Source: Octopus vulgaris | Taxonomy: Eukaryota | NCBI GenBank assembly: GCA_951406725.2 | Contig: OX597840.1 | Location: forward strand, 7,874,001 to 7,938,000 | DNA: 64,000 nt | Reading direction: 5' to 3' | Part shown: in pieces, positions 13,186 through 26,427 of the stretch | Layout of the letters: every line of letters begins with the position of its first letter | Position numbering within the stretch: position 1 is the stretch's first letter | Notes under the pieces: generated by a model | The model's database searches: none | What the model was told of the DNA's origin: nothing | The model's input: only the letters and a program-made list of their open reading frames with translations | Program-made: the position numbers and the translations under genes

Positions 13186-14283
13186 GAGAGAGAGAGAGAG
13201 AGAGCTACACTTGGGATATTTCTATCAGGGTTATTTCCCTTCTTTTTCTGATATCCTTAGCACTGAGAAGACCAAAGCTATTTTTACCCTCAGTTGGAAC
13301 TTTGTCCCATATATTTTTTTCTCTATAGAGTTTACTGTTGCTTCAGTAAGTCATATGATTTAATCTTAGAAGTATTACAAGGTTTGCCAAATTTCTTGAG
13401 CTGTCCTTCCTTCTCTGCAACGTGAAACCTGAACTTTTAAGGCAGGCTCCAGTATTTAATGAACTGTTCATTATGCATACACATCCGTATTTGTATGTAT
13501 ATATTTATATAGGTTAAATAAACACCATTTAATATGTTAGTCTCTGAATATCTGGCCTATAAAAATAGGAAATCTACATTAAATATTTGTGTGTATATGT
13601 GCAGAAACTTTTAGATATCACAGTTTGTCAATGAAAGAGGATGACAGTTCTCGATATTCAGTGTAAAGTGTATAATTTAAACTGAATAATTATTCCTGCG
13701 AGTTAAAAAAGAATTAAATAAACATTATGTGCATGTGAGAGAGTCTATGTATATATATGTGTGTGTACGTGTATGGATATATATAGATATGTTGTGTGTA
13801 TGGCTGTATTTATATATATGAAATCAAAGTTATAAAGATGTGTGCAATAATTAAGAGGAAGGTCAAACAGTCAAGGATAAATCCATTTCATCAGCCCTGA
13901 TTTTGTCTAGTCATTAGGATTTCGGTGCTGGAAAACATGGAATCACTCATCTGGAAACACAGAGGCTAGAGACATAGGGCTTAGAGCAAAAGACATGAAG
14001 GGTATTAAACATAAAGGAGTCTTTTACATGGGACAGAAAAGAGAGTTGCTGACATAAATGACTATATATATATGAGAAATATTAAATTTCTAAATATCTC
14101 ATAGAGATATATGCGGTGGTGGAGCGATAGAATGGTTGTATACTGTCAACTTAACGTGACAGTCCTGTAAGGGAATTACACCACTGCTGTTTAGCCCTAG
14201 GAAGCATCGACACTTCCTGTCGGCCTTGACACATTTCCTGTGTCCTTATATATTTACGAAGGGGAGACAAACACCCCCAACAG

Positions 14284-14284
<1 letters not shown>

Positions 14285-14351
<67 letters not shown>

Positions 14352-14439
14352 GTGTGTATATATATATATATATATATACATGTGTGTATATATATATATA
14401 TATATACATATACATGTGTGTATGTATATATATATATAC

Positions 14440-14486
<47 letters not shown>

Positions 14487-14624
14487 TGTGTGTATATATA
14501 TATATATACACATATATGTGTGTATATATATATATACACATATATGTGTGTATTTATATATGTATATATATATATACACATATATGTGTGTATTTATATA
14601 TGTATATATATATATACACATATA

Positions 14625-14671
<47 letters not shown>

Positions 14672-14704
14672 ATATATATATATATGTATGTATGTATGTA
14701 TATG
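14285..14704. repeat. Compound (TA)n/(CA)/(TG) microsatellite
   Basis: Directly visible. Confidence 0.95.
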
Positions 14705-15364
14705 AGATTTTCATTGATGTTACTAATAGTTTCTTGTCTGATGGACAAGTCATCAGACCATCCAAACTAAATGCCATGGTCTGACAGTTTTCAGCTATGG
14801 TAATAATAAAAAGGGAATGGAACAATGATTTGCAGCTGTGACATGAAACTATTTGTCAGCTCTGAGGAAAGTCTGCAGTTCGTATGTGTGTCAATCTGTC
14901 TGTCTTATGTGTAAGCATGGCTCTGTGGTAAGCAGTTTACTTTTCAACCACATGGCCACAGGTTCAATCCCATTGCTTGGCAACTTGGATAAGTGTGTTC
15001 TACTTTTCTACCCAGGCCAATCAAATCTTTGTAAATACCATATTTAGTCCTAAACTCCTGCCGTTTCTCTAACCATTGCACCTCTTCTTCCCCTCTCTTC
15101 CTTATTTCTATCCATTCTTTGTATGCGATGCACTCAAAATATTCTTCTTTGTGAAGTCTTTGATATGTTTTCTATAATCAACTAATTTTTTTAACGACCA
15201 CCATCATTATTTTCTCTGATGTCTTTCATCTGTTAGTTTCATAGAAATTCAGCATTTATATTGTCTAGACCGATTCTGATATTTGGTGCCTTGCACTTCA
15301 TTATCTCCATGTATAGGTGCAGGGATGGCTGTGTGGTAAGCAGTTTGCTTCTCAACCACATGCA

Positions 15365-16460
15365 GTATTTCGTCTGTCTTTACGTTCTAAGTTCAAATTC
15401 CACCAGGGTCAACTTTGCCTTTCAACCTTTTGGGGGTCAATAAATTAAGTACCAGTTGCATACCAGGGTTAATCTGATCGACTGCCCCCCACCCTCCCCC
15501 AAAATTTCAGGCGTTGTGCCGAGAGTAGAAAAGAAAATATGTTTGTCACATATTTTAACTTCTAAATGCAAATTCACTGCAATTACCACAGAGAAGAAGA
15601 AAAAAAAAATCTCTCTTATGGTAAAAGGTATAAAAACACTATATCTGCCCAGTGCTTCCTGCTGTTGGATTCCCAGACAGCTGTTTCTGGCTTTTTAGCC
15701 TTTGTCAGTGGGAAATACTGAAGGGAGATAACTCTGGGCAGATTCAAAGCCATAGCTTTAACTAAAAAAACATCAGTGACTGAGTTGTGCTATTCAACCC
15801 CTCGTTTGAGAAATAAGTGAGAAATGCTTATTTTGGTCAATTAGCAGAATTGTTTGGGAATATCTTGTGGTGCTTTATATTGAGAGTTCAAATCCTACCA
15901 AGGTCAATTTTCCTTTTCATCTTTTTGAGGGTTAATAAAATATTGTAACAGTGAAGAAATATTATTATTATTATTATTTTCTTTGTTAAAGGGGAAAGCT
16001 GGTGGAATCATTAACATACTAGATAAAATACTTAGGGGTATTTCATCTGTCTTTACATTCTGAGTTCAAATTCTGCCGTGGTCAGCTTTGCCTTTCATCC
16101 TTTCAGGGTCAATAAAACAAGTCCTAGTCAGGTGCTGGGGCTGATGTAACCGACTTACCCTCCCACGTCCCTGAAATTGCTGACCTTGTGTCAAAAGTTG
16201 AAACCGTTAGTTGCTTTGTGAAGGTGACAAGCTGGCAGAATTGTTAGCACGCCGGTCAAAGTGTTTAACAGTATTTTATCTGTCTTTATGTTCTGAGTTC
16301 AAATTCCACCAGGGTTGACTTTGCTTTTCATCCTTCCAGGGTTGAGAATATAAGTACCAGTGAAGTAATGGGGTTGATGCAATTGACTAGTCCCCCAAAA
16401 TTTAGTACCAGTTGCATCTGGTACTCCCCCAAAATTTTAGGCCTTGTGTCTATAGGAGAA
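15365..16460 (+). mobile_element. Cluster of about four SINE family B copies
   Basis: Repeated gagttcaaattc...ctttgcctttcatcct...aagtaccag at ~15390, 15880, 16060 and 16290. Confidence 0.75.
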
Positions 16461-16493
16461 AGAATTATTATTTGCTTTGTTGTTTTTTTTTAT

Positions 16494-16526
<33 letters not shown>

Positions 16527-16974
16527 GTCTTTTGACCCTTTTTCATTGTTATCATTTTTGTCTCTTAGTTCTTTTATTATTCCCTGCAGTCCACTGTTGT
16601 GGTTTATCTCCAAGGCATATTCCAACCATGACCATTTCATCTATTTTGTATAGCTGGGGCTACATGTTTCTTGCCATTGCTTTTTTTCCCCCTTAATATT
16701 GTAGGGTACGATTTGGCATTTCACTGCTATATTTAGCAGAGTAAGTAATGATGTAAAGACTTTCTCATTAGCTCATATTTATCCTTTATTCGTTAGCAGT
16801 TTTAGTACCAGTTATATATTGTAGCTAAACTCAATGAACTATACTGAATCTTCTGGAAAATATTAATCTTATGATTTTATCAAAAACAAAGCTATGCCTT
16901 GTATTTATTTGTGTATAACACGCATTTGCATACAAGATGTATCCCTAATTAGGAGTAATGAAATTCCAAAGAGA

Positions 16975-17250
16975 AACCGAACGTGGCCGTAGCCAGTGCC
17001 ACATCCACTGGCTTCCATGCCCGTGGCACGAAACAAACACCATCTGTTCGCCAGCCTCATCTGGCACCTGTGTCGGTGGCACATAAAAAGCACCCACTAT
17101 ACCCACAGAGTGGTTGGTGTTAGGAAGGGCATCCAGCTGTAGAAACATTGCCAGATCAGACTGGAGCCTGGTGCAGCCTTCTGGCTTCCCAGACCCCAGT
17201 TGAACCGTCCAACCTATGCCAGCATGGAAAGCAGACGTTAAACGATGATG
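16975..17250 (+). mobile_element. SINE family C
   Basis: Same tail as 12140-12390, preceded by ~60-bp tandem subunits (gtggcac...aaaagcacc). Confidence 0.85.
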
Positions 17251-17619
17251 ATAATGAAACCATCTTTTGGTATTACAATGCAAGGAAAATGGTGTGTTTA
17301 ATCAGATTTTCTTTGGGTTTAACCCCATAACATTTAAACTGAACAGATCCTGCCTCTCACACCTACCCTACAATGTCATTCTAAAAATATACAATCACAT
17401 CATCAAAATTTCAAAACTATGAAATGTAATTATTTTTAGTATGTCATTTCTGAATTATCTGAAAGACTAATCTGTCAGACTTTATACTAGTTGCTGGTAT
17501 GTAGTTACCAAAGATAACACAGCCTGACTTTATATCCTCACGCCAACCATGTAGTCCTTGCACAGCAGAAAAGAAGGGTTGCAGCTGAAATAACTTCAAT
17601 CATAGGGCTGGCTGCTTAA

Positions 17620-17840
17620 CCCTTTAGCATTTAAACCGGCCATATCCGGCCAAAAGTATTCTGCCTGTTTTATGTTCAAACTAGCCAGATCTGGTCTCTC
17701 ACACCAACCCTACAATATCGTTTTAAAAATTAACAGCTACCTCATCAAAATCTCATAGTTACAAGATAATGCCTGATTAGTTCAAAACAATGTGGATAAA
17801 AAAGGATTAATTTTGGCAGAATAATGTGAACACCAAAGGG
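17620..17840 (+). mobile_element. piggyBac-like MITE, family P1
   Basis: TTAA-CCCTTT...AAAGGG-TTAA termini. Copies at 26133-26341 (inverted), 27574-27794 and 57579-57797. Confidence 0.8.
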
Positions 17841-18693
17841 TTAATCAGAGCTGGCCTGGGATTAAAAAACAACAAAATATAAGAAGCAGTGGAAAATGTG
17901 GCATGATGGTCATGCTTGGAATTGCTTTGATCCATAGATTTGCTCAAGGTTGACATGGGGCCTTAAACAACAACAACAACAAATTTGATCTCCCTCTGCA
18001 TGTTTACCTCACAAACATAAATCGCAGGGGCATAAATCTTCTGACTATTTTCTGTTTTACTTTTTACAATCACTTGCCTTTATAACCATTTTCACTTTCT
18101 TCAGTAATTCAATAATGTCTGTGGTGATATACCTTGATGATGTCTACATTTCAGTTTTTTTCTGGTGGCAAGAGCAGAATGATTGGGGCATCGTCCTTGA
18201 CCACCTCTCTCTCTCTCTCGCTGCTGTAGTTTGGTATCGTTGTATTAAATATTCTTGTTAAAGCATTGCAAGTTATTATGTTTGTTGTGACATGGATTAA
18301 TAAATCTTGTTCTGTTGCTGGTCTCTTGGACTGCCTTCTTTTGACGACATTTCTAGCTTCTCCAGTGTGGGAGAAGCACTAAAATATTTTGAGCAAATTC
18401 AAGTTGAATTGAGGCTCAGCAAGGCTCAAGTCCTGATAACTTTGGTTGTTTTCAGTTACACACCAACCCCGTTACAAACACGCACGTTCACTGAGGGTTT
18501 TAATTCCCTCCTCACCTTCATACACTGGTCCGACACTAAACATGTTTATATTTTACATTTTGGATTTAAAAAGAAGCACATTTGTTTATCTGACTTTGTG
18601 TGTGTGATATGTAATATTTTGATTATTTTTCCTTGATTTATTTTTAATTAATAATAAATCTCTGAACGAGGTATAAACAGTAACTGCACGACA

Positions 18694-18916
18694 ATGTGAG
18701 GTATATTTGCCATCTCAATATGGCTAACCACTAAGGGTGGGTGTTACTGTAGCTTGTAGCCCCAGGAGAACATCGTCTCCAGCTGGCTTTAGGCACACTT
18801 TCTGTGCCCTTATGTGCCTAAAGCCAGCTGGAGACGGTGTTCTCCTGGGGCTACATATATATGTAACACCCACCCTTAGTGGTTAGCCATATTGAGATGG
18901 CAAGTATACCTCACAT
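18694..18916. repeat. Long inverted repeat (~104-bp arms, 15-nt loop)
   Basis: atgtgaggtatatttgccatctcaatatggctaaccactaagggtgggtgttac...ggctttaggcaca pairs with tgtgcctaaagcc...gtaacacccacccttagtggttagccatattgagatggcaagtatacctcacat. Confidence 0.95.
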
Positions 18917-19877
18917 ATTTTTAATCAGAAGTCTGAAAACAAGTTAATGTTTTCACTTAAATCTCTTACATTTTATTTAACTGGTTTTCTCATTAATATT
19001 TCATCCTTTTGTGGTTCGTTAAAATAAACACCAGTCAAGTACTGGGGTTAATACAATTGACATGTCCCTGCCCCCCCCCCCAAATTTCTAGCCTTCTCCC
19101 TGTGTCAGAAATAGATCTTTCTATTATAGGCACAAGGCCTGAAATTTTGTGGGGTGCAGTTGGTCAATTATAGTGACCCCCAGTGCACGACTGGTCCTTA
19201 TTTTATTGGCCCTGAAAGGATGGAAGGCGAAGTCAACCTTGGTGGAATTCGAACTCTGAACATAAAGAGAGAAGAACTGCTGCTAAGCATTTTCTTGAAC
19301 TTGGTAATGGTTCTGACATCTTGCAGCCTTCATGTCTAAAATAATTACTAATTAAGACAGATTGGATTTGCAGACCCATCGGTGTCACACAAGTGGCCCC
19401 TTGCGGTAATCCCTGTATTCACTTGTATATGTCTCACTGTTTTATACAAGATCTTAAATTTAAAAAAAAACTGGTGTGCGACTTATACACAGGGTGAATT
19501 TGAATATGAAGGGGTAAAAACTTTCTACCAAGATCTAACAACTAAATTAGGGGTGAGACTACTCGTACACAAGTAAATACAGCAAATGCATCTCTTGATG
19601 TTTTGAGTTCAAATTCTCCTGAGGTCGAGTTTGCCTTTCATCTTTGTTGGCGGTGGTGGTGGGTGGGTCAATAAAATAAAGTATCAATCAAAGATAGAGG
19701 TTTGGTTTACTTGTTAACCCTTTCGTTACTGTCTTTATTTTGAGATGTTTGGTGTTTCTTTCAATTAATTTTAAATATAACAAAGAATTTAGTAAAATTT
19801 CATCTTTGTTGGCGGTGGTGGTGGGAGGTCAATAAAATAAAGTATCAACCAAAGACAGAGGTTGGTTTACTTGTTAA

Positions 19878-20326
19878 CCCTTTCGTTACTGTCTTTATTT
19901 TGAGATGTTCTGTGTTTCTTCCAATTAATTTTAAATATAACAAAGAATTTAGTAAAATAATTTAATTACAATTAAGCTAATGTTAGGAGCATAAATTGTG
20001 ACTAAGGTTTGGTGGAAGATTTTGATTAAAAAAAACAAGACATTTGTACTCAGGGCCAAAGTCGGATTCAACCGGGTTGGTAACGAAAGGGTTAAATTAA
20101 TCATTTGTTAACCCTTTTGTTATCATATTTCTGTTGAGATGCTCTATATTTCTTTCAATTACTTTAAATATAACAAAGAATTTAGTAAAATAACTTAGTT
20201 ATCATTAAGCTAGTATTAGGAACATAAATTGTGATTAAGGTTTGGTGGAAGATTTTAATTAAAAAAAAAACAAGACATTTGTACTCAGAGCCAGAGGTGG
20301 ATTCAGCCGGGTTGGTAACGAAAGGG
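19878..20326 (+). mobile_element. Two adjacent piggyBac-like MITEs, family P2 (19878-20091 and 20112-20326)
   Basis: TTAA-CCCTTTCGTTAC...GTAACGAAAGGG-TTAA termini. A partial copy at 19718 comes from a ~160-bp tandem duplication; another copy at 36406-36625. Confidence 0.85.
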
Positions 20327-20471
20327 TTATGGTCTTCTCTCCAGATTTCCTACAAGTCATTAGAGATTGGTTTGATATTCTTATAAAGCATATAGAGATG
20401 AGTGGAATTCTTGTAGCTGTTGTTGTTATTGTGTATGGTTTCTCATAGAAAGTGTTCTGCTTTATATCCAG

Positions 20472-20622
20472 GATTTAATGCTTTCGGTGATGTGTTACAA
20501 CCCCAGACTCAAACCCCTTCAAAGAAAGAACCAATGAAGCTGATTCAGGGAGATTTGGATCTCAGTTTGGCCCAGATGGCAGCTAACTTAAACATCAACG
20601 GCCCTGCAAGTCAAGTCAAGAA
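20472..20622 (+). CDS. PICALM: PICALM/AP180 exon: GFNAFGDVLQPQTQTPSKKEPMKLIQGDLDLSLAQMAANLNINGPASQVKK
   Basis: Acceptor tttatatccag, donor AA|gtaagt, phase 1-2. KLIQGDLDLSLAQMAANLNI matches the conserved CALM/AP180 motif KL..DLDSSLA.L..NL.I. Confidence 0.9.
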
Positions 20623-20661
20623 GTAAGTTTTACATTCATATAAACATATATATATATATAT

Positions 20662-20930
20662 CGTGTAAAAGAACCATCCGAACATGGCCGTTGCCAGTGC
20701 CGCCTCGACTGGCCTTTGTGCCGGTGGCGCGTAAAAAGCACCAACCGATCATGGCTGTTGCCAGCCCCGCCTGGCACCTGTGCTGGTGGCACATAAAAAG
20801 CACCATCTGATCGTGGCCGTTGCCAGCCCTGCCTGGCACCTGTGCCGGTGGCATGTAAAAAGCACCCACTACACTCTTGGAGTGATTGGCGTTAGGAAGG
20901 GCATCCAGCTGTAGAAACACTGCCAGATCA
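20662..20930 (+). mobile_element. SINE family C with tandem ~60-bp subunits
   Basis: Repeated ccgatcgtggccgttgccagc...tgtgccggtggcac.taaaaagcacc units, then the family C tail. Confidence 0.85.
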
Positions 20931-21289
20931 GCACAAGGACCAGTCTGACGGTACTGGCAACAGCCACGCTCAAATGGTGCTTTTTATGTGCCACCTGCAC
21001 AGGAGTCAGTCCAGTGGCACTGGCAACGACCTCGCTCGAATGTTTTGTTCAAGTGCCAGTAAGGCGATGCTGGTAACGAGCACACTTAAATGCTTTTTAC
21101 GTACCACCGGCAATCTGTACAAATGTAACAGGTAGCTCTAAGTATGTATGTAACCTTTTCTCAGGTATACCTGGCATATGCATGGCCATGCGTGCTTGAG
21201 AGTATCTGTACGGATGGAACAAGTACCTCTGTGTATGTTATCTTTACCGAGGTACAGACGTATATACATGACCTTGTATATTGTAGCTG

Positions 21290-21757
21290 TGATACCAGTG
21301 CCGGTGGCACATAAGAGAATCATCCGAATGTGGCCGTTGCCAGCGCCGCCCCGACTGGCTTCCGTGCTGGTGGCACGTAAACAACACCATCCGGTCGTGG
21401 CTGTTTGCCAGCCTTGCCTGGCCCCTGTGCCGGTGGCACATAAAAAGCACCATCCGATCGTCGCCGTTGCCAGCCTCGCCTGGGCCCTATGCTGGTGGCA
21501 CATAAAAAGCACCATCCGATCGTGGTTGTTTGGCAGCCTTGTCTGGCACCTGTGCCAGTGGCACGTAAAAAGCACCCATTACACTCACGGAGTGGTTGGC
21601 GTTAGGAAGGGTATCCAGCTGTAGAAACTCTGCCAGATCAGATTGGAGCCTGGTGCAGCCTCCCGGCTTCCCAGACCCCAGTCGAATCGTCCAACCCATG
21701 CCAGCATGGAAAGCGGATGCTAAACAATGATGATGTTGATGATGTTGATGATGATGA
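21290..21757 (+). mobile_element. SINE family C with about five tandem subunits
   Basis: As above; ends in (gat)n. Confidence 0.85.
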
Positions 21758-21834
21758 CCCTGTATATTTTTGTGTGTGAGTGTATATATGTTTGTACAGA
21801 TGGAGTAACTAACTGTCCCCTTGTGTCTTTTCAG

Positions 21835-21925
21835 AACCGACCATCAGTGGCAGCCAAAAGGGGAACAAAAGAAAACAGGCGGCGCCAATTGGGCAGCACC
21901 GGTATTGTCTTCTTCTACAACTTGG
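21835..21925 (+). CDS. PICALM: PICALM/AP180 exon: (K)TDHQWQPKGEQKKTGGANWAAPVLSSSTTW
   Basis: Branch-like ctaac, acceptor ttgtgtcttttcag, donor TGG|gtatga, phase 2-0. Matches the conserved CALM/AP180 W...GEKKLTGG.NW......T.W segment. Confidence 0.9.
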
Positions 21926-22064
21926 GTATGAATAAGTAGCACTGTTGTTTATCGTTTTGTTTCGTGCTTTTTTTTTTGTCATATTTTCGTTGCTGCTGTC
22001 ATCGTTCTCCTGTTCATCCTCATTAAACTTGCATACATGGGTGTGTGTATGGATTTATGTAATA

Positions 22065-22244
22065 CATGTGTGTATATATATATATATATGTGTATGTATA
22101 TATATATGTATGTATATATGTGTATATATATGTATATATGTGTATATATATGTGTGTATATATATGTGTATATATATATGTGTATATATATGTGTGTATA
22201 TATATGTGTATATATGTGTGTATATATATGTGTATATATATATG

Positions 22245-22288
<44 letters not shown>

Positions 22289-22597
22289 GTATATATATAT
22301 ATGTGTATATATATGTATATATATATGTGTATATATATGTATGTGTATATATGTGTATATATGTGTATATATGTGTATATATATATGTGTATATATGTAT
22401 ATATGTGTATATATATGTATATATATATATATGTGTATATATATGTATATATATGTATATATGTGTATATATATGTGTATATATGTATATATATGTATAT
22501 ATGTATATATGTATGTATATATATATATATATGTGTATATATGTGTTATATATATATATATATGTTATATATATATATATATATGTGTATATATGTA

Positions 22598-22645
<48 letters not shown>

Positions 22646-23206
22646 ATATATGTGTATATATATATATATGTGTATATGTATATATATATGTATATATGTG
22701 TATGTATATATGTGTATATATGTATATATATATGTATATATGTGTGTATATATATATGTATATATATATATGTGTATATATATGTATGTATATATGTGTA
22801 TATATATGTGTATATATATATGTATATATGTGTGTATGTATATATGTATATATTCATATATATATATATGTGTATATATATATGTATATATGTGTATATA
22901 TATATATATGTGTATATATATATATATGTATATATGTGTATATATATGTATGTATATATGTGTATATATATATATGTATATATGTGTATATATGTATATA
23001 TGTGTATATATATATATATGTTTATATGTGTATATGTATATATATGTATATGTATGTATATATATGTATATGTATGTATATATATGTATATATATGTATA
23101 TATATGTATGTATATATGTATATATATGTATATATGTGTATATATATATATATATATATGTGTATATGTATATATGTGTATATATATATATGTATATATA
23201 TATGTG

Positions 23207-23237
<31 letters not shown>

Positions 23238-23250
23238 GTATATATATGTG

Positions 23251-23283
<33 letters not shown>

Positions 23284-23296
23284 GTGTATATATGTG

Positions 23297-23341
<45 letters not shown>

Positions 23342-23735
23342 GTATATATGTGTATATATATATATGTATATATATATGTATATATGTGTATATATATATA
23401 TATGTGTATATATATATATATGTATATATGTGTGTATATATATATATATGTGTATATATATATATATGTGTGTATATATATATATGTGTATATATATGTA
23501 TATATGTATATATATATATATATGTATGTATATATATATATATGTATATATGTGTATATATATATATGTATATGTGTACATATATATGTATATATGTGTA
23601 TATATATGTATACATGTGCATGTATGTAATACGTGTATGTATGTGTATATGTATGTGTTTGTATTTATATGCGTGTGTGTGTTTATACATATATGCACAT
23701 CTGTCAATATAATATGTATACACACACACACACAA
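22065..23735. repeat. ~1.6-kb compound (TA)n(TG) microsatellite
   Basis: Directly visible; source of the 500+ aa YI/CV pseudo-ORFs. Confidence 0.97.
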
Positions 23736-23844
23736 AACTACCTCTTGATTCTGTTATGTGTCTGTCTTTGTCCATTTGTGTGTCTATGTATATGTCTGTT
23801 TGTTTATACGTATCTCTTAGAATGTGTGACTGTGTTTTTGCATA

Positions 23845-24762
23845 CAAGGGGGTACCCCAAAGCAACCAGAAACATTCTCTTTAGAACAAACCTGTCCTAG
23901 ACAGGCTTTTGCTGTTTGAAGCCACTTGATGCAACCCTCAGGCATCAGCCAGCTGACCGGCAGCATCGGGTGTGTGTCTTTGTTTTGCAGTGCTTCTCCC
24001 CTGTCCGTCGACTTTTACAATGTCTGAAATGAAAGAATAGTATGATTCTGTGAAATTCTGTTTTCTGTTGGAGAAAACAGTTGCCGAAACAGTTGCCATG
24101 CTTCAGACAGCTTACAAGGATGTGGCCATGAGCAAAGCATGAGTTTATGGGTGGTTTTCATGCTTTAGGAATGGTTACTTATCGCTTGAAGAACCAACCT
24201 CATTCAGGGCAACCATCAATCTCCACTTTTTTCTTCACCTCTTTCACATCTGCAGCTTTCATCACCAACTGTTCTTTTATTTCCTGATACTGATCTTGGA
24301 GGACCACCACTGAACAATTGACGAACTTGTGGATATGATTGGTGAGTCCTGGAACTCCTGCCAACGAATTCTGAGTGAGGAATTGCGAATGGAAAGAGTT
24401 GCACCAAAATTTTTGCCTTGTTTGCTCACAGAAGATTAAAAGCAGTCACGACTGAACGCATGTCATGAACTGAAAGAGCAGTTAGGAGTCGATCCGGACC
24501 TTTTTTCGAAGGTCATCAATGGTGATAAAAGCTGGTGCTACGGAATTTGCAGACGTGAAAGGGGTGAAGAAAAAAATGGAGGCGTTGAAAGGCATCACTT
24601 TGCAAGAATTCCAGTACTGTTTCGAACAGTGTAAAACACATCTGGACCAAAACATTGCTTCAAATAGAAAATAGTTTGAAAGCGATAAAAGTGTAATTAT
24701 ATATAAATAAAAGTGACTAAAATAATGTTGCAAAATTCTGGTTTCTTTTGGGTACCCCCTCG
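23845..24762 (+). mobile_element. Internally deleted mariner transposon with pseudogenised transposase
   Basis: 27-bp TIRs CAAGGGGGTACCCCAAAGCAACCAGAA / CGAGGGGGTACCCAAAAGAAACCAGAA (24/27) with TA on both sides. Frame from 24020 reads VKFCFLLEKTVAETVAMLQTAYKDVAMSKA*VYGWFSCF; later RVAPKFLPCLLT and KVINGDKSWCYG (first catalytic D). The rest of the DD34D domain is deleted. Confidence 0.92.
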
Positions 24763-24974
24763 TATATATATCTTAATATTTTTGTTTAGTTGGGTTTGTG
24801 TTAGTCTTGATCTATGTACGTATGTGTGTATGTGTGTGTATAAAGTACACGCCATCACATACATTTCATCGCTTGTTTTTCATTTATACAGGAATTGGAA
24901 AGTTCTGCAAACCTCTGTGCACAAATAAGCAGTATGATCTTTCACAACATCTCTATCTATTTATCTATATATTT

Positions 24975-25200
24975 CTCTACTACCCACAAGGGGCTAAACA
25001 CAGAGAGAACAAACAAGGAAAGACAAATGGATTAAGTTGATTATATCGACCCCAGTGCGTAACTGGTACTTTATTTATCGACCCTGAAAGGATGAAAGTC
25101 AAAGTCGACCGTGGCGGAATTTTAACTCAGAACGTAACGGCAGGCGAAAAATCGCTTAGCATTTCGCCTGGCGTGCTTACGTTTCTGCCAGCTTGCCACC
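24975..25200 (-). mobile_element. SINE family B, full length
   Basis: Reverse complement of the copies at 46607 and 56759. Confidence 0.88.
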
Positions 25201-25270
25201 TTTTATTTATCTATCTACCTAACTCTGTCTCTTACCACACAGCCATGCCTGTGGCTATATATAATATGTG

Positions 25271-25308
<38 letters not shown>

Positions 25309-25869
25309 CACACACACTTATCGTGTTAGGGCTTGCTTGCTTGCCTTAGCATGTGACTCTAGTGTGGACCCTGCACAAGAACCCTTCATGGTTGATCAGA
25401 GAGGAAGGCAGCTGCAGGAGCGTGGAGAGAATAAGATGAGGCAAAAGTAAGACATCTTGGTTCATCCCCTGCATGCCCTCCCTCCCTCCCTCATCATCTT
25501 GGCCAAGTCTTTCCACTTTAAAGAAGATGGTCACAGATGAGAGAGTGAGGCTGATGTTGCACAATTCTTCTCAACTTTAAATCAGGGGTTCTCAACCATT
25601 GTTTATCTATGGACCCCTTTTGATTACTATTCTATTTTGGTGCCCCCCTCCCCACTAATAGCCATTTGGTGTTTAAAACTAGCTTTATAGAAACTGCTTT
25701 CAAAATTCTTAATTTGCTTTTCTCACATTAACATGTATAGTTTGAACTATACAAAGTGTTTTAGAAAGAAACCTAACTATCTCTTGCAATGGTTATCAGG
25801 GACCCTTAATATACTCTTGACTTGACTTGGATTTTGGATTGACAGCATTCACCCGGGGTGGGTTGAGCT

Positions 25870-26072
25870 GGCTTCATTCATCCTCAATGCTGCATCTCTC
25901 ACAAATGCCGACCAGACCTGGCGATTTGAGGCTAACGACCGCGTGATCTCCAACCACTCCTTATTCCAGTGGCAAACGCCATAGATATGAGGGCCTAGGT
26001 TGGGTTCCAGATCAGCCTTGACTGTCATCAGCCAGGTTTTTCATTGTCCACCACATCACTTTTGCCAACCCT
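25870..26072 (-). mobile_element. 3' end of an RTE-clade LINE ORF
   Basis: Minus strand reads KTWLMTVKADLEPNLGPHIYGVCHWNKEWLEITRSLASNRQVWSAFVRDAA; overlaps in sequence with the fragment at 63655-64000. Confidence 0.7.
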
Positions 26073-26132
26073 GATGTGGTGGACAACGAAAAAAAAACCC
26101 TTCAAATATTCCTCATGTATATCGCCCCTTAA

Positions 26133-26341
26133 CCCTTTAGTCTTCAGATTATTCTATCAAACATAATGCTTATTGATTCACATTGATTTGAATTAATCAT
26201 GCATTATCTCATATCTTCAAGATCTTGATGGTGTAATTACTTCATGTAGAATAACATTGTAGGGTAGGTGTGAGAGCCTGGATCTGGTCAGTTTGAACAT
26301 AAAACAGATTAAATATTTTGGCCGGTTTAAATACTAAAGGG
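26133..26341 (-). mobile_element. piggyBac-like MITE P1 (inverted)
   Basis: TTAA TSD; near-identical reverse complement of 57579-57797. Confidence 0.85.
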
Positions 26342-26393
26342 TTAATATACTGTTGTAGATCCCCAACTTACTATTTTGTCGCATGGACCTCCC

Positions 26394-26394
26394 A

Positions 26395-26427
<33 letters not shown>

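Noticed and set aside
20662-21570. Regularly spaced ~60-bp repeats resembling a CRISPR array
   Set aside because: Eukaryotic context; the units are wholly homologous with no unique spacers, belong to SINE C, and no cas genes are present.
22037-23900. ORFs of 388-548 aa, and similar ones at 4.5, 10.3, 14.2, 53 and 55.5 kb
   Set aside because: They are translations of TA/TG/CA microsatellites (YI, CV, HT repeats), open in several frames simply because the repeats lack stop codons.
24892-24931. Acceptor tttcatttatacag and donor gtatga defining a 40-nt exon
   Set aside because: It would shift the frame between two phase-0 junctions, and the peptide has no family resemblance.
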